Positions 28,583 through 38,698 are shown, counted from the stretch's first letter. The stretch: 64,000 nt of DNA from Acidobacteriota bacterium (GCA_965222655.1 CBDCUP010000004.1:10134-74133); one strand, 5' to 3'. Translations and numbers: made by a program. The notes: a model not told the origin generated them from the letters alone.

Positions 28583-29968
28583 TCAGGGATTCCCCGGATG
28601 GGGCGTTCCAAGGTACGGGAATCCCGTCAAATAGGGCACGTCATTCTGATCTACGCCATCTCCCAATCCTGCTCCCGTGCCATCCACCAGAATCCCGGCC
28701 ACGGCCTGGACGGCGACATCGAGCACGTCGTCGCCAACCCGTCGACCGTTGGGAAATCCGGCCAGGTCTCCGCCGACAACACCAAGCCGATTCTGACTAT
28801 CAGCCGGAGTTGGCGTGATCCCCATGTTCAGGCGCAGCATCTCGCCCGGAACTACATTGGGAGGTTGATTGAGCCCAGGGACTCCTGTCAGAAACACCTG
28901 CACCAGGTCATTGCGCGGGGCTGGAGGAACCTCGACTCCGAAAAGCAGGTTGAGAAGCCTGGCGAGTTCAGGGTCGGTGACGAAACTGAGGAACTGCCCG
29001 TCATCGGTCGGACGCGAAGAGTTGAATCGATCCTTCATAACTAGAGGAATGACGACCTCATTCACCAACGGCGAACCCAATCGAGAAACCTGGGTCAAGG
29101 TTCTAAACCCGAAAAGGTGCAGTGGTATCGGCGAGCCTCCAGTAACGGGTAGCCTGGAGAAGCTAGCCCGAGAGGCGGATGACCAGACACCGATGACCGC
29201 TGTGGGATCGTCTGCACCAGCTGGAAGGCTCCCGTCAGAAGTAAGTCTGGACATGGGTATCTCGATGGCAATCGAGTGCACGTTCTGCCCCGCTGTCCCG
29301 TCTACACCCGGAACACGCAGCGACAGCAGGTCGAAAATGCCGGCGAGGTCCACGTAGAAGCCTTCGTCTCGTTGTCCGGCGAAAAAGCGGCTTCCGTCGG
29401 GGAGGTCATGAATCGCCTGCTTGGCCAGCGCCTCATAATTTGGGGTCGTAGCCGAACCGATATTTGATGGCGGGAGGATGAGATCCTCGCCAAGAAGTTC
29501 CCTCGGTGCCGAGGATCGACGAGGACCGTTGACACGCCAGATGGTGCAGTACTGACGGACATTGTGGGTTGGATCCTGGAGCGACCCAATCGGACCGGTA
29601 GCCGTCAGGAAGGTTCCGCTCTCCAAAACCTCGGTTCTGAAGCGGAACTGGTAGGTGATTTCTTCGACCGCATCGCCGTCATTGTCGATCATGATCTCGT
29701 AGAGCACGTGCGGATCGAACTTGTGAAAGTTGGGCCCACCATAGGGCACCTGCAGGGGTATGAAGTTAGAGATCAGCATCACGAATTGTTCACGACCTGG
29801 CTCGTAGCTCACAAAGGCATAGACATCGGTGTTGTCAGCTGTTGGATCCAGAGTGATAGCGGGAGCCTCACGGTGACTGGATCCCAGTGTAGTCGCTGGG
29901 AGTAGGAGGCAGGCGAGAATCAGAACAAGCGGCAGATAAGACCTGGGTTGAGAAGGACTCAGATTCAT
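28583..29968 (-). CDS. DUF4331 exported protein
   Basis: SSHREAP, DNTDVYAF, FAGQRD..F.VDL, QVSRLG.PLVNE, GFPNGRR..DDV.D. Confidence 0.9.
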   Translation of the reverse strand: MNLSPSQPRSYLPLVLILACLLLPATTLGSSHREAPAITLDPTADNTDVYAFVSYEPGREQFVMLISNFIPLQVPYGGPNFHKFDPHVLYEIMIDNDGDAVEEITYQFRFRTEVLESGTFLTATGPIGSLQDPTHNVRQYCTIWRVNGPRRSSAPRELLGEDLILPPSNIGSATTPNYEALAKQAIHDLPDGSRFFAGQRDEGFYVDLAGIFDLLSLRVPGVDGTAGQNVHSIAIEIPMSRLTSDGSLPAGADDPTAVIGVWSSASRASFSRLPVTGGSPIPLHLFGFRTLTQVSRLGSPLVNEVVIPLVMKDRFNSSRPTDDGQFLSFVTDPELARLLNLLFGVEVPPAPRNDLVQVFLTGVPGLNQPPNVVPGEMLRLNMGITPTPADSQNRLGVVGGDLAGFPNGRRVGDDVLDVAVQAVAGILVDGTGAGLGDGVDQNDVPYLTGFPYLGTPHPGNP

Positions 29969-30072
29969 GGTCGAACTCCTTTCGTTTAGTGTTTCTAGTG
30001 CGTCTTCAATCAGCACTACGTGTCGCAGATCACTTTTGGATGTATCTTTTTTTTTCTAAGGAGCGTGCACGT

Positions 30073-30153
30073 CGTGGCGGTGGCCTCCGGGCCGCCGTAT
30101 TCTCTTTTCTTCGAGCCTCTGGCTCGACGTACGGCGGCCTGGAGGCCACTGCC
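30073..30153. repeat. REP doublet, copy 5
   Basis: GTGGCGGTGGCCTCCGGGCCGCCG...CGGCGGCCTGGAGGCCACTGCCA. Confidence 0.75.
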
Positions 30154-30285
30154 AGGTCGGGAGGTTCAGCCAAAGTGATGCGGGCCTAATGACCGGCGCC
30201 GTTGACGGCAAGACTGGCGGCGTGGAGAATAGCCCCCACAGAGATCACCCAGACAACTGGAGCTCTTCGAAAAGATAGGACGGAT

Positions 30286-31755
30286 ATGAGTTACGAATAC
30301 GGCGACTTACGGGACTTTATCAGACGATTGGAGCAGTCAGGCCAGCTCACTCGGATTCCGGTGGAGGTGGACCCCATCCTGGAAGTCGCCGAGATCACGG
30401 ATCGGGTCTCGAAGGCGATGGGTCCCGCCCTGCTGTTCGAGAATCTGAAAGGATCGGAGCTTCCTCTTCTGATCAACACCTTCGGCTCCTACCAGCGCAT
30501 GAATCTTGCCCTTGGTGTCGAGGCTCTGAAAGATGTATCTCAGAGAATCGAAGAGCTCCTGGACCTGAAGGCTCCGACCGGAACCTGGGATAAGCTCAAG
30601 ATGCTCCCCCGTTTGACCGAATTGTCTTCCCTCGTACCCAAGACTGTAAACAGGGGTCCCTGTCAGGAGGTGGTGAAGACCGAAGGCTTCTCTCTCCTGG
30701 AGCTGCCCATCATCAAGTGCTGGCCCGGTGACGCCGGACGTTTCATCACGCTGCCCCTGGTATTCAGCCGGAATCCGGCAACGGGAAAACAGAACTGCGG
30801 GATGTACCGGATGCAGGTCTTTGACGAAACCACGACCGCGATGCACTGGCAGGTTCATAAACATGGGGCGCATCACTTTCGCGAGGCCCGGCGGCAATCC
30901 GATCCCGGCGGCGATAGAAAGATGGAGGTTGCCGTGGCTATTGGTGCCGACCCTGCCACCGTCTTCTCAGCTATCGTGCCGCTTCCGGACGACCTCAACG
31001 AAATGATGTTCGCCGGATTTGTTCGCCGCCAATCAGTCGAGATGGTGAGTTGTAAAACTGTGGACATCAACGTACCCGCCAATGCCGAAATCATTCTTGA
31101 AGGGTACGTCAATCTGGATGAAACCCGGGAGGAGGGTCCTTTCGGAGATCACACCGGGTTCTATTCTCTGGCGGACCAATATCCGGTCTTCCACGTCACC
31201 TGCATGACCCATCGTAGGGATCCTATCTATCAGACCATCATTGTTGGAAAACCGCCTCAGGAGGACTGCTATATGGGTCACGCGGTGGAGCAAATCTTCC
31301 TGCCTGTGATCCAGAAACAGCTGCCCGAAATCATCGATATGCACATGCCCTTCGAGGGAATCTTCCATAACCTGGTCATCATCAGCATCCGCAAACGCTA
31401 TCCCGGGCACGCCCGCAAGATCATGAATGCCATCTGGGGAATGGGCCAGGCCATGTTCTCGAAGTGCATCGTGGTGCTGGACGAGGGAGTGAACGTCCAG
31501 GACTATGGCGAGGTCGTCTTGAGAACCTTGAACCACATCGATCCGGAACGGGACATCCAGTTCACGCTGGGACCGGTGGATTCGCTCGATCACTCTTCCC
31601 GGCTACCCAACTTCGGATCCAAGATGGGCATTGACGCTACCCAGAAGTGGCCGGAGGAAGGCTTCCATCGGGAGTGGCCCGAAGAGATCCTGATGACACC
31701 GGAGGTCAGGGAGCGGGTAGACAAACTGTGGCCGAGTTTAGGCCTCCCGGGCTAG
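30286..31755 (+). CDS. UbiD-family decarboxylase (menaquinone futalosine pathway, MqnL-like)
   Basis: GPALLFEN, N.GMYRMQ, EGPFGDHTGFY, KRYPGHARK, SKMGIDAT. Confidence 0.92.
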   Translation: MSYEYGDLRDFIRRLEQSGQLTRIPVEVDPILEVAEITDRVSKAMGPALLFENLKGSELPLLINTFGSYQRMNLALGVEALKDVSQRIEELLDLKAPTGTWDKLKMLPRLTELSSLVPKTVNRGPCQEVVKTEGFSLLELPIIKCWPGDAGRFITLPLVFSRNPATGKQNCGMYRMQVFDETTTAMHWQVHKHGAHHFREARRQSDPGGDRKMEVAVAIGADPATVFSAIVPLPDDLNEMMFAGFVRRQSVEMVSCKTVDINVPANAEIILEGYVNLDETREEGPFGDHTGFYSLADQYPVFHVTCMTHRRDPIYQTIIVGKPPQEDCYMGHAVEQIFLPVIQKQLPEIIDMHMPFEGIFHNLVIISIRKRYPGHARKIMNAIWGMGQAMFSKCIVVLDEGVNVQDYGEVVLRTLNHIDPERDIQFTLGPVDSLDHSSRLPNFGSKMGIDATQKWPEEGFHREWPEEILMTPEVRERVDKLWPSLGLPG

Positions 31756-31919
31756 TGGTGCCACCAGCTGGCGCTGGATCAATCAGGGGAAAGCTTCTCC
31801 AACACCTGCTACGCCGAAGGCGTTATTGCGCGGAGCCCAGACATCTGAGGTTTCAAGTCAAGTGTTTTTTCAAGTTTTTTTTCAGCCGGTTGCATTTTTT
31901 TCCACAGCTTGATTGCTCT

Positions 31920-33173
31920 CTACAAGAAGGCCAGCAAAGGGGCGTTGTTCGCCTTCAAAGAAGCCACATAAATGGCGTCGTCGTAGGGGACCCGGTTCTT
32001 CCAGCAGCGGTAGATTATGCGCAGCCACTTGAAGGCCAAAGAGCGCACCGCGACGTGATGATCTTTCCCTTGGCTGAGCTGCATCTGGTAGAACGCTTGC
32101 GCCCAGGGGCACCAGTGCCGGGAGTGAGCGGCGAATTCGTGAACGCCCTGGCGGACGAACTTGGGACAGGCCCAACGGTAAGACACGATGCGGGTCTTGC
32201 CACTGCTTCGCAGCAGGGGGGCGATGCCGGAGACGGTCTGTACCTCCGCGGCGCATTGGAAACGATCCCGATCCTCCCCAAAGAGAGTTAAGAGCCGCGG
32301 TCCCAGAGCCTTTCCAGAGCCGGGCAGACTGCTGAAAATGAAATGGTCGGGGTGGTGGTTGAAGAGTTCCTCGATTTTGGCATCAAACCGCTGGATGGAC
32401 TCATTCAAGTGCAGGATCTGTCCCGCCAAGCTCTGAGTCATCAGGCTAGCCGCCGTCACAATGGCCGCATCGTGGGTCAGCGCCCGGGCCTGCTTGATCT
32501 CCTCCAGCTTGGAGTGCAACTTTTCGCTGCCCCCCACCCGATGGCTCTTGAGAAAGCGGCGAATCGTGGTCGGCTTGACCCGCTGCAAGGCCTCAAGGCT
32601 GGGCCAACGGTTCAGGAAATCACAGGCCGTCTTCCCTTTGAGCGGGCCGACCCATTTCAGGGCCTGAGGAAAGTAGTTCTTCAAGTTGGCGGTCCACTGA
32701 TTGGTCAAGTCCGCGCGCAGATCGACCAGCTTGCGCCGTTGCTCGGACAACAGGCGCAGGGAGCGCACCTCCGGCGATTCGGGTTCCCACAATCGAATCC
32801 GTTCCCGATGCTTGAGCAGGTAGTCCAGCACCAGATCCGCATCCCTCGGGTCGTCTTTGCCTCCACTGGGATAGAAGGCTCCACGGTAGCGGCTCAAGGA
32901 CTTCGGGTTGATCGGGTAGATCAACACAAAATCGTAATCCATCAGCGCATACAGCAGCGCTCCCCGGCTCTGTTCGACGGCGATCGCGACCCAGCCGCCT
33001 CCGCTCCTTTCTCTCAGCCCGTTGATCCAGCTCTGCAGGGCCTCCGGTGTTTGTTTGACGTCGCCGGTCTCGATTTCGCTCGAGCCCGACATCCGCAGCG
33101 CGTAGGCATGCTCTTGGTCGGCCCAGTCCAGGCCCACCCACACTCCAATGGTCTGCTCCTCAATCGGCTTCAT
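31920..33173 (-). CDS. IS110 recombinase/transposase
   Basis: DEDD RuvC-like domain (GLDWA, AVEQ, KDDPRDA), coiled coil, C-terminal Tnp domain GIAP...SSGK. Confidence 0.96.
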   Translation of the reverse strand: MKPIEEQTIGVWVGLDWADQEHAYALRMSGSSEIETGDVKQTPEALQSWINGLRERSGGGWVAIAVEQSRGALLYALMDYDFVLIYPINPKSLSRYRGAFYPSGGKDDPRDADLVLDYLLKHRERIRLWEPESPEVRSLRLLSEQRRKLVDLRADLTNQWTANLKNYFPQALKWVGPLKGKTACDFLNRWPSLEALQRVKPTTIRRFLKSHRVGGSEKLHSKLEEIKQARALTHDAAIVTAASLMTQSLAGQILHLNESIQRFDAKIEELFNHHPDHFIFSSLPGSGKALGPRLLTLFGEDRDRFQCAAEVQTVSGIAPLLRSSGKTRIVSYRWACPKFVRQGVHEFAAHSRHWCPWAQAFYQMQLSQGKDHHVAVRSLAFKWLRIIYRCWKNRVPYDDAIYVASLKANNAPLLAFL

Positions 33174-33189
33174 GGCTCCTCTCCCCTTC

Positions 33190-33495
33190 TCTGGTGTTTC
33201 GTCGGACGCAAACCGGGGGCGGCGAATTCCTTATAGAAGTCCTCCTGAGCGGACAGCATCTGAGTATTCGTCCAAATCCGGCCCAGGGTCCGTCCGAAAG
33301 TCTGGGCTTAATCGTCCTCCCGATAAGGGTTGGCATTCGTGACGGACCCGAGCGTCCTGGGAGTCGACTATCGAGCTCCCGACTCCACACTTTTGCACAC
33401 CATCCACACCTTCCACAAAGAAAGAAAAAAGTAGCAAAAAAGAAAGAAAGGCGGCTACGGCTACTTGCCGCTCCCATCTTCCCGATCTCAGTACC
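33190..33495 (-). ncRNA. IS110 bridge RNA (boundaries approximate)
   Basis: Guide segments GCCAACCCT, AGCCCAG, CTCAGATG and CTATAAG, in this order, match target-left, target-right, donor-left and donor-right. Confidence 0.85.
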
Positions 33496-33580
33496 TTCCC
33501 AACTATAAGGGTTGGCGATGCGGAGCGAAGCGAGCTACCCTGGGTCAAATTCGTTGATGAAAGTGCGCTACCCTGAAGGG

Positions 33581-35669
33581 GTGCGATGAGCCGCAGTGGC
33601 TCGAACTAAGTCAAACCATGTTAGACAAACGGTGAGGCGTTTGGAAAGGAGGAAATAAAGCGATAAGAGAGGCAAGACGCCGAAGCCTACCTGTGCGAGT
33701 CCACGCTCGTACAGAACTTCCTGCTCGAACTCCGCGATTAACCAGCGGGGGTACGCAGCCAGGGCGCTCCCAACGGCTGGACCGGAAGAAGGGATCGTCA
33801 CGAAGGGGCCAGGCAGGAAGACTTCGGGAGACGGCACTTCGGCCTAGAGCAAAGCGCCAACGACCGCCCTTGAGTGAAGCGTTGGCGAGGTTCCCTGACC
33901 TCGTCTCCAGAGAGAACAGGTGGTTATCTCTCTGGAACTGCTTTGGGTGATACCTGTCGCCGCCTGAGGAAAATGGTTCGAGTCATGACCGGTGAATGTC
34001 CCCCGCCGTCCCCTGTGGGTGAGTCCGCGCTATAAGCCCCCGGTGAAAGGCGACGGATGATGCGGTGGTGCGGAGAAGGCTTCCTGAGCCGCCTCCGCTT
34101 TAGGGATTGCCGCAGAGCCGGAGTACTCCAGTTTCGGCTGGAGGAAAGGTCAAACCGAAGACGAGGTGAGGAAGAATCCTGAGTCTGGGTAGTTAGCGTC
34201 TCGGCCGTGGCCCCCCAAATGGGTCGGCCCGTGCTCTTGTCCGGGTCAAACCGGGAAAACAGACCCCCCAGGGGCCTGGCTAAGAAACACCCGATAGATC
34301 TCCGATCCGCCTCACCTGATGATGCAACAGAACAGGAACACCATGGTGAAGAACAGAAAAGTGCACTCCTTGACCGGTCGCATCACGATCGAGCTCATGC
34401 GTGCCGCCTTTAAGAAAGTCAAGCGCAACCGAGGCGCCGCCGGGGTGGACAAGGTCAGCATCGGGATGTTCAAGGACAACCTCGAACAAAATCTTCTCGC
34501 GCTGATGAAAGATCTTAAATCAGGCGAGTTTCGACCCGTTCCGCTGCGCCGAGTCCATCTCTCCAAGGGGCCTCACACGAAGAAGACCCGGCCGCTCGGG
34601 ATTCCCGGGGTCCGCGACCGCGTGGGCCAGGAAGTCCTGCGACGGCTGCTGGAACCTATCTTCGAGTCGCTCTTTCAGGAAGCCTCCTTCGGGTTTCGTC
34701 CCAAACGCAACTGTCATCAGGCGATCCAGTGGGTGTTGTCCCTTCACGACGCCGGCTACGGCTTCGTACTCGACGCCGACATTGAAGGCTTTTTCGACAA
34801 CATTCCACAAGACGTCATTATGCAGTTGGTGGCCGACAAGGTTGCCGACGGTAATATCCTTCGCCTTCTTCAACGATTTCTCACTGCCGGAGTCATGGAG
34901 GACGGTGTCTTCAAGCCGACCACGGTCGGCACGCCACAAGGAGGGGTGATTTCCCCTCTTTTGGCTAACATTGTCCTTAATCAACTGGACTGGGCTCTCG
35001 ACCGGGCGGGTTTTCAATTTGCCCGGTACGCCGACGACTTCGTCGTCCTGACCCGGTCCGAAAGGCAGGCGCAAGAGGCCTTGGCACTGGTCCAGCTGCT
35101 GCTGGCAACCCTTCAGCTAACGCTGAGTCCGGAGAAAACCCGGATCACGACGTTCGGAAAAGGCTATGAGTTTCTTGGCTTTTTCCTCTCGTCCCGTTCC
35201 CGGCGTATGCGCGACAAGTCCCAGCGGAAATTCAAGGATAAGGTGCGGGAATTAACCGTTCGCCACCATAACCTCGATGCCGAGGCGATCCTGAAATTGA
35301 ACCGAGTGATCAGGGGGACGGCTCAGTACTTCGCCCCCGAGTTCGCGACCAATCGCTGGCTCTTCCAAAAGCTCGACTCCTGGGTCCGTCTGCGACTCCG
35401 GAGTATGAAGCTCAAGCGGAAGAACTACAACGACAATCGCAAACTCAGGGTGGGGTTCTTCTGCCGAAAACTCGGCTTGCTTACCCTTGAAAGCTTCTGC
35501 CTCTATCGCAACACCTATGGCCAAGTCTGTTACGTCGTTCCCCGTCTTGGGGCAACGTCTTTGGGGTCGCCCGGTGAGTGACCCTCACGCCGGTAAATAT
35601 GAGGAATAGACCCCATCGCGACAACGGGGAGGGGCAGGCGGGAACCCCGCCTGTCTCTTACCCGCGTAT
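33581..35669 (+). mobile_element. Group II intron (3' end approximate)
   Basis: 5' GTGCG immediately after the REP sequence, ~740 nt non-coding leader, RT ORF, DV-like hairpin, DVI with bulged A at 35660. Confidence 0.85.
34319..35581 (+). CDS. ltrA: Group II intron reverse transcriptase/maturase without En domain
   Basis: N.GAAGVD, RPLGIP..RDR, SFGFRP, DADI..FFD, GTPQGGVISPLLAN, RYADDF, X/thumb domain LNRVIRG..YF. Confidence 0.96.
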   Translation: MMQQNRNTMVKNRKVHSLTGRITIELMRAAFKKVKRNRGAAGVDKVSIGMFKDNLEQNLLALMKDLKSGEFRPVPLRRVHLSKGPHTKKTRPLGIPGVRDRVGQEVLRRLLEPIFESLFQEASFGFRPKRNCHQAIQWVLSLHDAGYGFVLDADIEGFFDNIPQDVIMQLVADKVADGNILRLLQRFLTAGVMEDGVFKPTTVGTPQGGVISPLLANIVLNQLDWALDRAGFQFARYADDFVVLTRSERQAQEALALVQLLLATLQLTLSPEKTRITTFGKGYEFLGFFLSSRSRRMRDKSQRKFKDKVRELTVRHHNLDAEAILKLNRVIRGTAQYFAPEFATNRWLFQKLDSWVRLRLRSMKLKRKNYNDNRKLRVGFFCRKLGLLTLESFCLYRNTYGQVCYVVPRLGATSLGSPGE

Positions 35670-35930
35670 TGCCGACCGGAAACGCTTTTGCAACAACGCT
35701 TGCAGCGTAGAAAAGGCAGGCGGCTTGAACCCAGGGTAGCTCGCTTCGCATTGCAACCCTGGGCTACGCGCAGTAACACCTTCGGCGTAGGGATGCCTCC
35801 TGAAATCAGGCAAAGCTTCTGTCTCGAACGGGGCCAGTGCTTCCTGGGGTTGGGACTACGTCTGAAACTTCCTTGCATACGTATGCTTGAAGACGCGTCG
35901 AGCAAGTAGCCGTCAGGAGAAGCTGGTGCA

Positions 35931-37466
35931 ATGACTAAACCTCCCGTAATTGTTCTGGCAGTCCTGGACGGCTGGGGATTGCGCGACTCCAAAGAGGGTA
36001 ATGCGATTGCCCAGGCTAGCCTCCCCACCTTCGAGAAGCTGTACTCGCGCTACCCCTGGGCTTCTCTTACCGCGAGCGGTTCCCGGGTTGGTCTGCCTGA
36101 GGGGCAAATGGGGAACAGCGAGGTGGGGCATCTCAATATTGGGGCGGGACGTGTCGTCTACCAGGACCTCACGCGGATTGATCGTGCTATCGAAACCGGA
36201 GACCTGTTTCGAAACAAGCCGATCCTCTCCGCCTTCGAGGCAGCGCGGGAGCGGGCTCTACACCTGATTGGTCTTGTTTCGGACGGAGGGGTTCATAGCC
36301 ATATCCGTCATCTCTCGGCCCTGCTCCGTCTGGCCCAGGAGAGGGGCGTGCGTGAGGTCTATATCCACGCCATCACCGATGGGAGGGACACGGCGCCCAG
36401 GGGCGCTCTCGGTTTTCTGGAACAGCTGCAGGCGGAGGTTCAGAAGATCGGCGTAGGTCAGATTGCCTCGGTCGGAGGGCGTTACTACGCCATGGATCGT
36501 GACAATAGGTGGGATCGCATTGAGATGGCATATCGAGCCATTGTGGAAGGACGGTCCGATCGACTCTACCGCAACCCCCTGGAGGGCATTACGGAGTCCT
36601 ACGAGAACGGCGTCAGTGATGAGTTCTTGATTCCCTTTACGGTGGTGGATGGAGGGGGTAACCCGATTGGCAAATTGGAGGAGGATCATGCAGTTGTCTT
36701 CTTCAATTTTCGATCGGATCGGGCACGGCAGCTTACCCGTGCCCTGACGCAGGTGGACTTTCCCCACTTTGGTTTGAAGCAGGGGCCGGTCAAGTGCTTT
36801 CTAACGATGACTGAGTACGACAGCACCTTTGTAACACCAATCGCATTTCCACCCATTCGTCTGGAACATACCCTCGTCAAGGTATTCAGCCAGCGTGAGA
36901 TTCCCAACCTGCGATTGACCGAAACCGAGAAGTACGCGCACGTAACCTACTTCTTCAATGGGGGAGAGGAGCAGATTTTTCCCGGCGAGGAGCGAGTCTT
37001 GATCCCGTCTCCAAAGGTAGCCACCTACGACTTGAAGCCCGACATGAGCGCGGTACAGATCACGGACAGGCTGCTGGCCGAGCTGGATCGGGGCTTTTTT
37101 GAAGCCATCGTCGTGAACTTCGCGAATGCAGACATGGTAGGACACACCGGGAACTTATCCGCTACCATCAAGGCGGTAGAAGTCGTGGATGCGTGCGTCG
37201 CTCGGATCCATCAACGGCTGAAGCAGATAGGAGGTGTGATGATGGTGACGGCCGATCACGGCAATGCGGAACTGATGATCAATCCCCTCACAGAACAGCC
37301 CCATACGGCCCACACCAGTCAACCCGTACCCTTCATCCTCGTTGATGACCACTACAGTGGTAAGCTCCGTCCGGGAGGTGCCCTGGAAGATATCGGTGCC
37401 ACCCTGCTCGAGTATCTTCAGCTGGAGAAACCTCCTGAGATGACGGGAAGGTCACTCTTCTTCTAG
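35931..37466 (+). CDS. gpmI: 2,3-BPG-independent phosphoglycerate mutase
   Basis: LDGWG, GQMGNSEVGH, SDGGVHSH, ETEKYAHVT, DMVGHTG, TADHGN. Confidence 0.97.
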   Translation: MTKPPVIVLAVLDGWGLRDSKEGNAIAQASLPTFEKLYSRYPWASLTASGSRVGLPEGQMGNSEVGHLNIGAGRVVYQDLTRIDRAIETGDLFRNKPILSAFEAARERALHLIGLVSDGGVHSHIRHLSALLRLAQERGVREVYIHAITDGRDTAPRGALGFLEQLQAEVQKIGVGQIASVGGRYYAMDRDNRWDRIEMAYRAIVEGRSDRLYRNPLEGITESYENGVSDEFLIPFTVVDGGGNPIGKLEEDHAVVFFNFRSDRARQLTRALTQVDFPHFGLKQGPVKCFLTMTEYDSTFVTPIAFPPIRLEHTLVKVFSQREIPNLRLTETEKYAHVTYFFNGGEEQIFPGEERVLIPSPKVATYDLKPDMSAVQITDRLLAELDRGFFEAIVVNFANADMVGHTGNLSATIKAVEVVDACVARIHQRLKQIGGVMMVTADHGNAELMINPLTEQPHTAHTSQPVPFILVDDHYSGKLRPGGALEDIGATLLEYLQLEKPPEMTGRSLFF

Positions 37467-37489
37467 CCTGGTTTTCATCCCGAGCGAAT

Positions 37490-38545
37490 ATGAACCGGAA
37501 CATGGGATCAGACATCAGTATCGTGATCCCGTCCTGGAATGGACTAGAGCTTCTGCTGGAGACGCTTCCGTCGGTTCGGTCAGCGGCCAGGTTCTACCAG
37601 GAGAAAACGGGTAGCAGCACCGAGATCCTGATCGTTGATGATGGGGGTACAGACGCAACCGGGAAAGTGATCCCAGAGAAATTCCCCGAGATTCGCCTAT
37701 TGCGGAAGCGTCGAAACGAGGGGTTTGCGATTGCCTGCAACTTCGGGTTTCGACACTGTAGCCATCCCCTGATCTCGCTCTTGAACAACGACGTCCGAGT
37801 CGAGGAGAGCTACTTTTTCTACCAATCGCTTCACTTCCAGGATTCCGAAGTGTTCGCCGTCACCGCCAAGGTGTTCGCTTGGGATCGGCCTCTTTTTACG
37901 GCCGGTGGCCGCTTCGGCCGCTTTCGAAGAGGCTCCTGGAGTATGTACTTCAACTACGATGTTTCCACTGCGGCAGGAAGCTGGATCGAAGACAGGCAGC
38001 TCCTTTCAGCCTGCGCCATTGGCGGGTTTTCTGCCTATAGTCGAAAGAAGCTGGAGGAACTCGAAGGGTTCAATCCACTTTTATCACCTTTCCACTGGGA
38101 GGATGTGGATCTCTCCTACCGGGGCTGGAAGAGAGGGTGGACGATTCACTACGAACCAAGGAGCGTTGCCCATCACCGCATCAGCGCGACCATAGACAAA
38201 CACTTCGAGAAGAAGGAGGTAAAGGCGGCCGCATTGCGGAATCGACTACTTTTCCACTGGATCAACCTTCACTCACCCCGGTATTGGGTTCAGCATCTGT
38301 TAATGATGCTCGTTCTCCTCTTTACGCGCGTGTTCTTTCTCGACTACCGTTTCTACGGCTCCTTTCTGAGCTCGCTCAAGGAGTGGAAAAAGGTCCGGTG
38401 CCAGAGAAAGGAGGAGCGCAGCAGGTCCAAAAGGTCGGACATCGATGTCTCTCGTTTGCTTGATTCCTTCTACCGTTCCGCACCTATTCAGATCTACTAC
38501 GGCGAGCAGGAAGTGGTCGAGAAGCACCCAGACTTCCAAGCGTGA
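37490..38545 (+). CDS. Glycosyltransferase family 2
   Basis: SIVIPSWNG, VDDG, GFA.ACN.G, LLNND, WEDVDL. Confidence 0.9.
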   Translation: MNRNMGSDISIVIPSWNGLELLLETLPSVRSAARFYQEKTGSSTEILIVDDGGTDATGKVIPEKFPEIRLLRKRRNEGFAIACNFGFRHCSHPLISLLNNDVRVEESYFFYQSLHFQDSEVFAVTAKVFAWDRPLFTAGGRFGRFRRGSWSMYFNYDVSTAAGSWIEDRQLLSACAIGGFSAYSRKKLEELEGFNPLLSPFHWEDVDLSYRGWKRGWTIHYEPRSVAHHRISATIDKHFEKKEVKAAALRNRLLFHWINLHSPRYWVQHLLMMLVLLFTRVFFLDYRFYGSFLSSLKEWKKVRCQRKEERSRSKRSDIDVSRLLDSFYRSAPIQIYYGEQEVVEKHPDFQA

Positions 38546-38698
38546 AGAATCACGCGGCCATTCCGGCGCTGCCTTGGCAGCGCTGCCCGGCCGCCTACAA
38601 AACTTCTCCCTATTTCTCCGAGGCAGCAACTCCGTCTTCACGGAATCTGGTTCAAGGGATTACAATTGTGGAGACCTTAGTGGATCCGGGCAAGAGAT

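Larger units (their letters stand above)
31839..33509 (-). mobile_element. Complete IS110-family element (CT core at both ends)
   Basis: Removing it restores the REP GCCAACC-CT-GGGCT. No TIRs. -35 box at the right end and -10 box at the left end. Confidence 0.92.
31809..35790. repeat. REPIN (CCCAGGGT/ACCCTGGG family) split by IS110 and a group II intron
   Basis: Left arm CTACGCCGAAGGCGTTATTGCGCGGAGCCCAG|GGTTGGC...GCGAAGCGAGCTACCCTGGGT is inverted to the right arm ACCCAGGGTAGCTCGCTTCGC...CAACCCTGGGCTACGCGCAGTAACACCTTCGGCGTAG. Confidence 0.85.

Noticed and set aside
33374-33382. Alternative IS110 left end at TCGGGAG-CT-CGATAGT, with an apparent guide match TCGGGAG at 33317-33323
   Set aside because: The end at 33508-33509 restores the REP, gives a TATAGT -10 at 17 bp and matches longer target and donor guides. 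The 7-nt match is better explained as chance or internal RNA structure.
34319-35581. RT as a retron, DGR or defence RT
   Set aside because: It has group II RT0 and X domains, a GTGCG 5' end and a DVI. No VTG motif, TR/VR pair or partner effector gene was seen.
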